Assembly (NCBI GenBank): GCA_049318005.1
Contig: JBMOHE010000006.1
Span: 1-51,985 of the forward strand
Reading direction: 5' to 3'
DNA length: 51,985 nt
DNA from: Patescibacteria group bacterium
Lineage (GTDB): Bacteria > Patescibacteriota > Patescibacteriia > Patescibacteriales > UBA12465
How positions within the stretch are numbered: the first letter of the stretch is position 1; each line of letters begins with the position of its first letter. Positions 10,712 through 19,496 of the stretch are shown piece by piece. Below the pieces are notes generated by a model that had not been told where the DNA came from, made no database searches, and saw only the letters and a program-made list of their open reading frames with translations. The position numbers were made by a program, and so were the translations under genes.

Positions 10712-12478
10712 ATGATACTTAGTTTGTTTGGATTAATTTTGCTTGCAATCCCATTTTTATTGGTTTTTAGATTTATAAATCGTTATTTTGGGTTTGCCTT
10801 TATGCTCGGAACAAGTATCGCCCTACATTCGGCGATTGCTTTTTTTACGCAATTTTTTCATGTTTTTAATTATTCTCTTTTAATTACTCTTTATTCCGTT
10901 ATTTCCTTGATAATTTTGTATGTAAGTGTTTTTAAGTCAAATAAGATATCTTTTAAAATTAAACCCAGTCTGCTCGTTTTAGCTGCGTTTATTATTATAA
11001 TTTTTCAATTTTGGTCAGTCCACTCTTTTTATACCGGAGCTATAAGTAATTTTAATGGGCACGAGGATGTTTATCAGAGCGCTTACCCTTACCCATATTA
11101 TTCTGATGAATGGATAGGCGTGGCCTATTCTAATTATATTATTGATAATAATACTTTGCCAACCGCCAACCCCCTTATAGACATTAGTGATAATAATTTT
11201 CCTAATATATTCTTATTCTTTTTCTCTTTAATAGCCGAACTGTTCTTGATTTTAAATATTACTCCGTTAATTGGGTATTCTTTATTTTCTATGGCGGCCT
11301 GGGTGCTTGTTTGTTTATTGGTTTTTGTTATTTTGAGAACGCATAAAGTTAGCTTATGGAGCTCATCTTTAGCCATTCTAATTATACCATATATAGCTAA
11401 TGGGGCTAACTTGCCTGGCGTTTGGTATTTATTACCTTGTGTAGGCGGATTAATACTATTTTTAATCAGTTTGATTGGCCTATTAAATAATAAAACCTGG
11501 TTTGCCGTTTTTATGGCGTTTTTGTCTCTTCTTTTGTACCCACCGATAATTGCCTTTACTTTGCCAACCATCTTTGTTTATATTTTGGCCACCAAAGAAA
11601 TAAAAAATAAAAATAAGATAAAATTATTTCTATTTAGTTTGTTAGGAGTTTTTCTGGCCGCAGTGTCTGTTTTTTTGTCTCAAATTAATAATAAAGATTA
11701 TTTGATAGACACTCTCGTTAATGGGGTTATAAGAGTAAGTCTTGATAATGGCATCCCTTCTTTTGAAATATGGAATATTATTCCAATTATAATTATGCCA
11801 TTTATTGTTTTAGGTGTAATAAAGCTATTTAAAACTAAAAATTTCATTATTTTAATACCTCTTGTTACTGGCCTATTATTTTGGTTTTTTTATACCTTTT
11901 CTTTTTTATATTTTATAATAGATTATGCTCGAGTCGTTATTATAACTTCCATTTTTCTAATTATTTCGCTTGGGTTTGGTTTTGATTACAACTTTAACTA
12001 TCTATTAAATAAGTATAACTTTGATAATAAAAAAATATTATTACTTTTAAAAATAGTAGTAATAAGTTTTTTTATTTTCAGTTCCTTTTTTTACACTAAT
12101 AACTTGCGCTGGAAAGAATTAAAACTTAATATTAATTATTCTGGAACTAATTTTTTAATTGCCCCCAATCCGCCGGCTAATCATTATTTAAAAAATGAAG
12201 ATATCTCTCTTTTTGGTGATTTTTCTAAAGAAAGATTTATTTCCCCGCCATGGAAGGGTTTAGTTATTGGAGTTGCAACTAATAATTATCCAATGGATTC
12301 AAAGAACTCTATTATTAGTAATACATTTTTAAATTATAATGAATTTATCGAGAAGAATTGCGAAGGCAAGGTGCTAGACATGAACTGGCTTAGCATAAAA
12401 TATGTTTACTCTGAAAAATTTAGCTGTGACAATTTTTTACTTATTGGCGAAAGTGAGGGGGGGGTTGTTCTTATATGA
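10712..12478 (+). CDS. Multi-pass membrane protein, GT-C-like (start probably ATG 10712)
   Basis: More than 10 hydrophobic segments, YSDEW acidic loop motif, C-terminal soluble domain; next to a polyprenol-P GT2. Confidence 0.55.
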   Translation: MILSLFGLILLAIPFLLVFRFINRYFGFAFMLGTSIALHSAIAFFTQFFHVFNYSLLITLYSVISLIILYVSVFKSNKISFKIKPSLLVLAAFIIIIFQFWSVHSFYTGAISNFNGHEDVYQSAYPYPYYSDEWIGVAYSNYIIDNNTLPTANPLIDISDNNFPNIFLFFFSLIAELFLILNITPLIGYSLFSMAAWVLVCLLVFVILRTHKVSLWSSSLAILIIPYIANGANLPGVWYLLPCVGGLILFLISLIGLLNNKTWFAVFMAFLSLLLYPPIIAFTLPTIFVYILATKEIKNKNKIKLFLFSLLGVFLAAVSVFLSQINNKDYLIDTLVNGVIRVSLDNGIPSFEIWNIIPIIIMPFIVLGVIKLFKTKNFIILIPLVTGLLFWFFYTFSFLYFIIDYARVVIITSIFLIISLGFGFDYNFNYLLNKYNFDNKKILLLLKIVVISFFIFSSFFYTNNLRWKELKLNINYSGTNFLIAPNPPANHYLKNEDISLFGDFSKERFISPPWKGLVIGVATNNYPMDSKNSIISNTFLNYNEFIEKNCEGKVLDMNWLSIKYVYSEKFSCDNFLLIGESEGGVVLI

Positions 12479-12493
12479 ATATAAAAAATAAAT

Positions 12494-13645
12494 ATGACCA
12501 ATAAACCATACATAAGCGTTGTCTTGCCTTGCCTTAATGAGGAGTTAGCCATAACTTCTTGTTTAGATGAGATAAAAAGAACAGAGCTTGAGTATAAATT
12601 AAATCTTGAAATTATTGTAGTTAATAATAATTCTACTGATAATACCGCCGATATTGTAATTAATTACGCGAAGTCTGCCGCTAATTTATTTTTTGTAAAT
12701 GAGGATAGAAATGGTTATGGATTTGCTTATTTAAGGGGTTTGTCGGCGACTAATGGTAAATACATATTTATGGCCGACGCCGATGGCACTTATAACTTTG
12801 CTCAAATTCCTGAGTTTATAAAAAAACTTGAAGAGGGGAATGATTTGGTCGTTGGTAACAGATTCGCTAAAAAAATTGCCAGTAAATCAATGCCCTGGTT
12901 GCATAAATATGTCGGCAACCCCGTCTTGTCTGGTTTGGTTCGTTTGCTTTTTGGAATAAAAATTCATGACATTCATTGCGGCGCTAGGGCAATATCTGGT
13001 CAAGCTTTGAAGCGCTTAAACTTATATACGGGCGGCATGGAGTTTGCCTCAGAAATGATAATTGCCGCTAATAAAGAAAAATTAAAGATAGCCGAGATTC
13101 CGGTTGATTATAGGGATAGATTAGGGAAATCTAAATTAAATTCCTGGGTTGATGGTTGGCGGCATTTAAGATTTATTTTGTTATATTCGCCCTTGGTTTT
13201 ATTTTTTTTCCCAGGCTTAATATTCTTTTTATTGGGCGCCTTTTTTATGTTTCTGTTTTATTTATATCAACCAGCTTTTTTTGGTATTCAGTTTTATAAT
13301 TATCCGATGTTTCTTTTTTCCCTAATGATTATCCTTGGATATCAATTAATTCAGTTTAGTTTATTTTCTAAAATATACGCTATTAACCATTTAGGGGACA
13401 AAAACAAATACATTGAATCGGTTTTTAATAAAATTACGATTGAAAAAACAATTATCATTGGCTTAGCTATTGCCCTAGTTGGCGGCGTTATTTATATTTC
13501 AATTTTTAAAGAATGGGTAAATTCTGGCTTTGGATCTTTAATGGCTTTTAAGAAGTCTGTGGTTGGTCTTACTTTAATATTTTTAGGCATGCAAACATTT
13601 TTTTCTTCTTTTATATTTAGTATTTTGGGAATAAAAAAATTATGA
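12494..13645 (+). CDS. GT2 polyprenol-phosphate glycosyltransferase (DPM1-like) with C-terminal TM helices
   Basis: VVLPCLNEE, DADGTY, VVGNRF, FASEM, R.G.SKL motifs. Confidence 0.88.
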   Translation: MTNKPYISVVLPCLNEELAITSCLDEIKRTELEYKLNLEIIVVNNNSTDNTADIVINYAKSAANLFFVNEDRNGYGFAYLRGLSATNGKYIFMADADGTYNFAQIPEFIKKLEEGNDLVVGNRFAKKIASKSMPWLHKYVGNPVLSGLVRLLFGIKIHDIHCGARAISGQALKRLNLYTGGMEFASEMIIAANKEKLKIAEIPVDYRDRLGKSKLNSWVDGWRHLRFILLYSPLVLFFFPGLIFFLLGAFFMFLFYLYQPAFFGIQFYNYPMFLFSLMIILGYQLIQFSLFSKIYAINHLGDKNKYIESVFNKITIEKTIIIGLAIALVGGVIYISIFKEWVNSGFGSLMAFKKSVVGLTLIFLGMQTFFSSFIFSILGIKKL

Positions 13646-14760
13646 AAATAGCAGTTTTTCATAATTTTATGGATAACATTGGGGGCGCAGAAATTGTGAC
13701 CCTAACTTTAGCCAGGGAGCTTAAAGCTGATTTATATACAACTAATATCGATGTTGAAAAAATTAAAAAAATGGGATTTGAAGATGTTTTAAATAGAGTT
13801 TTCTCTATTGGAAAAGTTTCTAAAAAATCACCGTTTAGACAGCAGGCAGCTTTTACAAAATTTAGAAAACTTAATTTATCAGGAAGCTATGATTTTTTCA
13901 TCATATCTGGAGATTGGGCTATGTCTGGTGCGTTCAATAATCATCCAAATATTTGGTATGCACACAGCCCTTTAAATGAACTTTGGGCATTAAGAGGGCG
14001 GGTAAAAAGAGAAATTCTAAAAGTTTGGCAAAAACCAATATATGACATTTGGGTTTTAATAAATAGGTGCTTATCTTTAAAGTATTCAAAGCGGGTCGAT
14101 ATCTTTGTTTGTAATTCAAAAAACACAAAGAATAGAATAAAAAAATATTATCAGAGAAATGCAATAATAATTAACCCTCCGGTTTATACTTCAAATTATT
14201 ATAATAATTTAAGTAAAGATTATTGGCTTTCGGTAAATAGGTTAACAAAAAACAAGCGGATAGAACTTCAGCTTAAGGCCTTTTCTCTGTTGCCAAGTCA
14301 AAAGCTTGTTATAGTTGGCAGTTATGAGCAAGGTTCAGATCAATTTGAAACTTATAAAAAGTATCTTTGTGAACTAAAGCCTAGTAATGTTGAGATTATC
14401 CATTGGGAAGATACAAAAAAAATTATAGAGTTATACGCAAATTGTAAGGGTTTTATTACAAGTTCTCGCGATGAGGATTTTGGAATGACCCCGATTGAAG
14501 CCATGGCGTCGGGTAAGCCAGTAATCGCCCCTAATGAGAGTGGCTATAAAGAAACTCTAATTAATAAAGTAACCGGGGTTTTGATTGATGATATTGATGA
14601 GGGAAAATTAGCACAAGCTATTTTAGAAGTAGATAAAAATTTAAATAAGAACCCAAATATGTACAAAGAGGTCTGCATTAAGCAAGCTAAACATTTTAAT
14701 TCTAGTAATTTTATAAAAAAAATAAATTTATTAATAAATAATAAAAAGCAATCTATATAA
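13642..14760 (+). CDS. GT4 family glycosyltransferase
   Basis: GGAE, EDFGMTPIEAMASGKPVI. Confidence 0.92.
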   Translation: MKIAVFHNFMDNIGGAEIVTLTLARELKADLYTTNIDVEKIKKMGFEDVLNRVFSIGKVSKKSPFRQQAAFTKFRKLNLSGSYDFFIISGDWAMSGAFNNHPNIWYAHSPLNELWALRGRVKREILKVWQKPIYDIWVLINRCLSLKYSKRVDIFVCNSKNTKNRIKKYYQRNAIIINPPVYTSNYYNNLSKDYWLSVNRLTKNKRIELQLKAFSLLPSQKLVIVGSYEQGSDQFETYKKYLCELKPSNVEIIHWEDTKKIIELYANCKGFITSSRDEDFGMTPIEAMASGKPVIAPNESGYKETLINKVTGVLIDDIDEGKLAQAILEVDKNLNKNPNMYKEVCIKQAKHFNSSNFIKKINLLINNKKQSI

Positions 14761-14764
14761 ACCA

Positions 14765-14794
14765 TTGACACCCCATGGGGGTGTATGATATCAT
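14765..14794 (+). promoter_or_regulatory. Sigma70 promoter containing a CsoR/RcnR-type operator
   Basis: TTGACA 14765-70, TGnTATCAT 14786-94; inverted repeat ACACCCC-atg-GGGGTGT 14768-84. Confidence 0.8.
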
Positions 14795-14802
14795 ATTAAA
14801 AT

Positions 14803-15045
14803 ATGAAAACAGCTGAACAAAGAATTAATAACATTATCGGCCAGTTAGAAGGGGCAAAAAAAATGCTTGTCAGTAGTGAGCGTGATTGTTTTTCTCTGAT
14901 TATTCAGTTGAAAGCAATCAGGTCCGCGACTTCGTCCTTAATGGAATCAATTATTAGTGATGAATTCAGTAACTGTCTACTTGATAAAAAAATAAAAAAC
15001 AAGGAAAATATAAGTAGATTTTTTAAAGAAATAATAAACAAATAA
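14803..15045 (+). CDS. CsoR/RcnR family transcriptional repressor
   Basis: RINNIIGQLEG..KM...RDC...IQLKAIRSA pattern, 80 aa. Confidence 0.88.
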   Translation: MKTAEQRINNIIGQLEGAKKMLVSSERDCFSLIIQLKAIRSATSSLMESIISDEFSNCLLDKKIKNKENISRFFKEIINK

Positions 15046-15060
15046 TAAACAAATAATTTT

Positions 15061-15390
15061 ATGTCAAAAGCACAAGAAGTAACAAAAAGCAGTTTTCAAG
15101 CGGATGTTTTAAATAGTGATATCCCGGTTTTAGTAGATTTCTGGGCACCTTGGTGCATGCCTTGTAAGATGATGGCGCCTATTTTAGATGAGGTAGCAAT
15201 CGAGATGGCGGGCAAAGTTAAGATAGCCAAGGTTAATACCGAAGAAGGAGAGAACCAGGATTTAGCCATGGAATATCAAATTCAAAGCATCCCTAATATG
15301 AAACTTTTTAAGGGAGGTAAAATTATTGGAGAATTTATTGGTTTAAGAAACAAAGAAACACTTAAAGGAGAGATTGAAGGATTAATCTAA
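15061..15390 (+). CDS. trxA: Thioredoxin (WCMPC active site)
   Basis: PVLVDFWAPWCMPCK, IQSIP. Confidence 0.95.
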   Translation: MSKAQEVTKSSFQADVLNSDIPVLVDFWAPWCMPCKMMAPILDEVAIEMAGKVKIAKVNTEEGENQDLAMEYQIQSIPNMKLFKGGKIIGEFIGLRNKETLKGEIEGLI

Positions 15391-15414
15391 AAACTAAGTT
15401 TTTCAAATATTAAC

Positions 15415-15444
15415 AAAAAAGACCCGAACAATCGGGTCTTTTTT
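15415..15444. terminator. Bidirectional intrinsic terminator
   Basis: AAAAAAGACCCGA-acaa-TCGGGTCTTTTTT between convergent genes. Confidence 0.9.
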
Positions 15445-15464
15445 ATAGTTAAACTTTTTATTTT

Positions 15465-16517
15465 TTATTGACCACAACCAGCGGCAGGGGCAGAACCAGC
15501 AGCGGCAGCGGCTGTACCAAATCCGGCAGCAGGAGAGGCGCTAGAAAGCTTGGTTGAACATTCCTTTGGAGGATTGTTAAAAGCGCTACAGATAGCAGCT
15601 AATAATGAAGCTGAATCACGACCTGATTGAATATCTTCGCCATTAATAATTAAAGTTGGGGATCCGCCAACGCTATATTTAGCATTGTCAGCTTTGTAGA
15701 TATCAAATCCAGGGTAGCTCCCTTGGTAACCAACTTTATTAGTATAGTTATCCATTACTTTGAAAGCAGAATCAGTTTTGCTTACGCAAGTATTAAGAGA
15801 TGAAGAGTCAATTCCAGTTTTAGTTAAGCAAGAAGCGCCATCGCCAGCTTCTAAGAAACATTTTAGATAGGCGTTAAACTTAGAGCCCTGTTCTTTCATG
15901 ATACAGTATTGAGCTAGCTGTTCTTTTAATTCTTTTTCACCATGCATGGCATAGTTACAGAATTTTAATTGGAAATCAATTTTATTTCCTAAAGTTTCAA
16001 CTACAGGTAGCATCCCTTTTTCAATTTGAGTTCCGTATGGGCAATGGCTCATGACGAAAAGTTCAATAACGGGTTTATCACTTTTTTTAGAAACGGTGGC
16101 GGCTGGAGTTGAAGCAGCCGGAGTTGTAGCGCCAGCGGCACCATCTTTAGCATTACTTACTTCATCAATATTTAAAGCTTGAGGGAAAAAGAATTTTCCA
16201 TCTTTAGTTAAATAAGATTCTACTACGTCACTAGTAATATCAATCTTTAATTTATAAAGACCATATTCGCTAGTTATTTCTTTAATAGTAGCCTTGCTTC
16301 CGCCCTGCATTAAAAATTTATTAATAAATTCCTCGGCTTTAGTTTTTGCAGTTTCGGTACTTAAGGTTTTACCGGGTTTATTAACGGTTAATGTTTTATC
16401 ATCTCCTTTACGAAGGGATGAGGCTGTGATTAATCCTAAAACAATTAAAACGGCCACAATAACTAAGAGAGTGGTCCAGGTCTTTTTTTGTTTTAAAATA
16501 GAAGTTAGATTCTTCAT
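15465..16517 (-). CDS. Membrane-anchored thioredoxin-fold (DsbA/GILT-like) Cys-rich protein
   Basis: N-terminal TM, ELFVMSHCPYG, MHGEKE, GSPTLIING cis-Pro loop. Confidence 0.7.
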   Translation of the reverse strand: MKNLTSILKQKKTWTTLLVIVAVLIVLGLITASSLRKGDDKTLTVNKPGKTLSTETAKTKAEEFINKFLMQGGSKATIKEITSEYGLYKLKIDITSDVVESYLTKDGKFFFPQALNIDEVSNAKDGAAGATTPAASTPAATVSKKSDKPVIELFVMSHCPYGTQIEKGMLPVVETLGNKIDFQLKFCNYAMHGEKELKEQLAQYCIMKEQGSKFNAYLKCFLEAGDGASCLTKTGIDSSSLNTCVSKTDSAFKVMDNYTNKVGYQGSYPGFDIYKADNAKYSVGGSPTLIINGEDIQSGRDSASLLAAICSAFNNPPKECSTKLSSASPAAGFGTAAAAAGSAPAAGCGQ

Positions 16518-16611
16518 ATTTTTTGTTTACTCCGCCCGAGGCGGGTGTTTTTATTATTAGTTTTTTTAATAACTTTCTTAATTATAATCGAAATTTATTC
16601 AATCGTCAAAG

Positions 16612-17382
16612 CTACTTTAGATTTTTTATGAAATCATTTAAAGCCTCTGGCATTTCTAAAGAAAAGTCCTGAGTTTCTCCATCTAAATCTTTAAAACTTA
16701 GTTTATTGGCATATAGAAAAATTCTTCCGAAATTTACCTTTTTATTTTGTACTTTTGATTTTTTATTAAAATACAAATTATCACCAAGGAGTGGATGACC
16801 GAGGGCATAAAAATGAACTCGGATTTGGTGGGTTCTCCCAGTTTTAATTTTTACTTGGAGCAAAGTATAGTTTATAAATCTTTTTAAGACTGAATACTGA
16901 GTGATTGCATCGCGTGATTTAAAAAGACCTTCTAAATTTCCTTGATCTCTATCGGTTGGTTTACGACGACTTAATAGATCGGATGTGTTAAGAGGCATGG
17001 CAGCCATTTTATAACCGTCACTTGATCGTTTAATTGGGAAGTTTATTTCGCCTGATTCATTAATCATTTTTCCATGCACAAGAGCAGTATATTCTTTATT
17101 TATATCCCTATCTTTAAATTGGTTTTTTAAATGTAAAAAAGCTTTATTGTTTTTTGCAATTACCATTAACCCACTCACTTCTTTATCAAGGCGATGAACT
17201 AGGCCTGGTCTAATTGGATCGTCGCCAACGTCTTTTATTTCTGGATAGCGTTCTAGCAATAGATCGGCAAGAGTTTCCTCTTTAATATTTCCTCCGCCAT
17301 GCACAGCTAAACCAGCTGGTTTATTAATAACCAGATAGTCGCTTGTCTCAAAAATTATTTCAGGAAAAGTTAATGTAGTCAT
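16612..17382 (-). CDS. RluA/RluD family pseudouridine synthase
   Basis: INKPAGL.VH, VHRLDKEVSG, TGRTHQIRVH. Confidence 0.95.
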   Translation of the reverse strand: MTTLTFPEIIFETSDYLVINKPAGLAVHGGGNIKEETLADLLLERYPEIKDVGDDPIRPGLVHRLDKEVSGLMVIAKNNKAFLHLKNQFKDRDINKEYTALVHGKMINESGEINFPIKRSSDGYKMAAMPLNTSDLLSRRKPTDRDQGNLEGLFKSRDAITQYSVLKRFINYTLLQVKIKTGRTHQIRVHFYALGHPLLGDNLYFNKKSKVQNKKVNFGRIFLYANKLSFKDLDGETQDFSLEMPEALNDFIKNLK

Positions 17383-17384
17383 AT

Positions 17385-18863
17385 TTAGAAATTAGTTCCC
17401 GGGTCATAAGTTTGCCCGCCGCCTTTTGTCTGTTTTTTTAAGATTGATTTTATTTCGTCAGCTTTTATTCCTTTTAGTAAATAAAGAAAAAGGAAATAGA
17501 TTAAAATTGCCAAAGCCAAAACCATGATTAAACCACTAAGTTTAGAATAATAAGTAGATGGCAAAATATAGATGAAGCCGCCCATTACTAAGCTAGCGAT
17601 AAGTGATTTTAGAAAAACTCCTAGTTTTGGGAAGAAGCTACTATACTTAAAGATACAGTAAGCAGAGAAAATAGCAATCAATACTTCGCTATAAATAGTT
17701 ACGGCGGCTGCGCCTAGGTAGGAATAGCGAGGAATTAACAAAAGATAGGCCAGCAAGGAACTGATACTAGTAAATACGTAAAAGATGATCATTTTCTTTT
17801 GTTTGTTGATTGCTATAACAGCATGAGAGAACATTGTCCCTAAAAATATGGCAGCGACGGAGAAAATTAATATTTTTAAAATGCTGCCAGCCATAATAAA
17901 GTCTTTGCCGGCAATAAAGACCATTAATGGTTCAGCTAAAAGCTGGGCCCCTATTACCAGAGGGATAGCAATTATGGCCATAAAATCAAAAGATCTCTGG
18001 AGAACGTTTTTAAATGAGTCATGGTTATTTTCTAGCCAAGCAGCACTTAAAATTGGCAATATCAGACCAGCGAACATAAAAGGAACCGAGGTTAGAACAT
18101 CGATTATTCGATAAGCGGCTCCATAGAGCCCAACTATTTCCGGTCCGCGGAATAAAGAGAGAATTAAGGTATCGGCTCTTAGATAGATTAAATTTAAAAC
18201 AATGGTTAATGCCAAGGGCCAAGAACGACTAATAATTTTTTTCCATAAAGACAAGTCAAATTCAAATTTGACGGTCGCGTATTTAAGGGCGAAAAGGTAA
18301 TGAAGCAAAAAGCTAACTGCACCGGAGGCAACCGTGCTAATTAAAATACCGCTTAAGCCAAAATTTAATTTTTGACTTAAGACTATTCCGATTAATAAAA
18401 CAACTCGACTAATAACCTCAGCCAAGGAAGATCTGTCCATGTTTAACTTTTTTTGAAACAAACCAATCAGAACCTGATTTAACGCCGGGAAGATAAAAGC
18501 AAGCGCAGTAATTAACACGCCAATTTTTACACTCGTGCTATAAGGGAAAAATATAACAGTTAGCGGGGCGAGACCAATAAAAAATAAAGCAGAGATTAAA
18601 CGTAAGCTAAATAAATTATTTAAAATCTTGTTCTCATCTTTATTTTCACCACTAATCATCTGGACAGTAATAAGAGTCAGTCCTAGATCGGCAATCACCG
18701 CAAAGAAAGTTAAGAAGGTGGTAATAGTAGTATATTCGCCAAAGCCAGATTGGCCTAAGTATCTAGTAATTAAGGCAAGCGAAAAGAGCCCAATGAAAGT
18801 AGATAAAACTTTTCCGGCTATTTGAATTATTGTATTATGAGCAATCTTTTTAGCTAGACTCAT
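17385..18863 (-). CDS. Wzx/MOP-family flippase
   Basis: RYLG..GFG.Y, ADLGL, D.LILS....VGLYGAAYR; 12-14 TM. Confidence 0.9.
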   Translation of the reverse strand: MSLAKKIAHNTIIQIAGKVLSTFIGLFSLALITRYLGQSGFGEYTTITTFLTFFAVIADLGLTLITVQMISGENKDENKILNNLFSLRLISALFFIGLAPLTVIFFPYSTSVKIGVLITALAFIFPALNQVLIGLFQKKLNMDRSSLAEVISRVVLLIGIVLSQKLNFGLSGILISTVASGAVSFLLHYLFALKYATVKFEFDLSLWKKIISRSWPLALTIVLNLIYLRADTLILSLFRGPEIVGLYGAAYRIIDVLTSVPFMFAGLILPILSAAWLENNHDSFKNVLQRSFDFMAIIAIPLVIGAQLLAEPLMVFIAGKDFIMAGSILKILIFSVAAIFLGTMFSHAVIAINKQKKMIIFYVFTSISSLLAYLLLIPRYSYLGAAAVTIYSEVLIAIFSAYCIFKYSSFFPKLGVFLKSLIASLVMGGFIYILPSTYYSKLSGLIMVLALAILIYFLFLYLLKGIKADEIKSILKKQTKGGGQTYDPGTNF

Positions 18864-18957
18864 TTTCTTGTATTTTTAGGTTTAATTTAATATAATAAGA
18901 ATAGAGCTTTGTTTTTACAAAGACAAGTAATGCGATTAATATAATTATATCATACTT

Positions 18958-19398
18958 ATGATAATCACCAGAAAGCACGTTCTCTCATTCATTTTTCTGT
19001 CTATTTTTAGCATAATTCAGTTTCTTGGTTTGTCTATTTTTGCTAAGCCAGCCTTAGCTGATGACGCTCTATTTAATAATCAGATTGGTATAAACGAAAT
19101 TGGTAGTGCTTATGGTAAAGCGCCTGGAAGTAAGCCGGCCGATATTAGACTTATTGTTTTAAACATTGTTCAAATTGCCTTAGGCTTTTTAGCGGCTATC
19201 TTTTTAGTGCTTACAGTTTTTGCTGGTTATCGCTATATGACAGCCGCCGGCAATGAAGACCAAACTAAAAAGGCAATTGCTCAAATTACTAATGCGGCGA
19301 TTGGCTTATTTATAATTCTGGCTTCCTGGGTTTTAACATCATCAATCATTAGGTATTTAGCGAGGGCGGTTAATGATTCCGTTCAAATGTTCCCCTAG
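18958..19398 (+). CDS. TrbC/VirB2-like pilin of the type common in CPR
   Basis: Signal peptide ending PALA, then TM-GYRYMTAAGNEDQTKKA-TM. Confidence 0.8.
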   Translation: MIITRKHVLSFIFLSIFSIIQFLGLSIFAKPALADDALFNNQIGINEIGSAYGKAPGSKPADIRLIVLNIVQIALGFLAAIFLVLTVFAGYRYMTAAGNEDQTKKAIAQITNAAIGLFIILASWVLTSSIIRYLARAVNDSVQMFP

Positions 19399-19407
19399 TT
19401 AAATCTT

Positions 19408-19435
19408 TTGACAAAAATCTCAAATATGGTATCCT
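19408..19435 (+). promoter_or_regulatory. nusA promoter
   Basis: TTGACA-16-TATCCT with TG extension. Confidence 0.65.
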
Positions 19436-19496
19436 TATATATAGAAAGCTAGTTGTTATTACAATTAGCTTTTTCTCTTAAAAATAATATAAAAAT

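Noticed and set aside
12476-13645. UGA recoding (genetic code 25)
   Set aside because: Conserved genes are full-length under code 11, and TGA ends the ORF at 13645 in an ATGA overlap with the next start.
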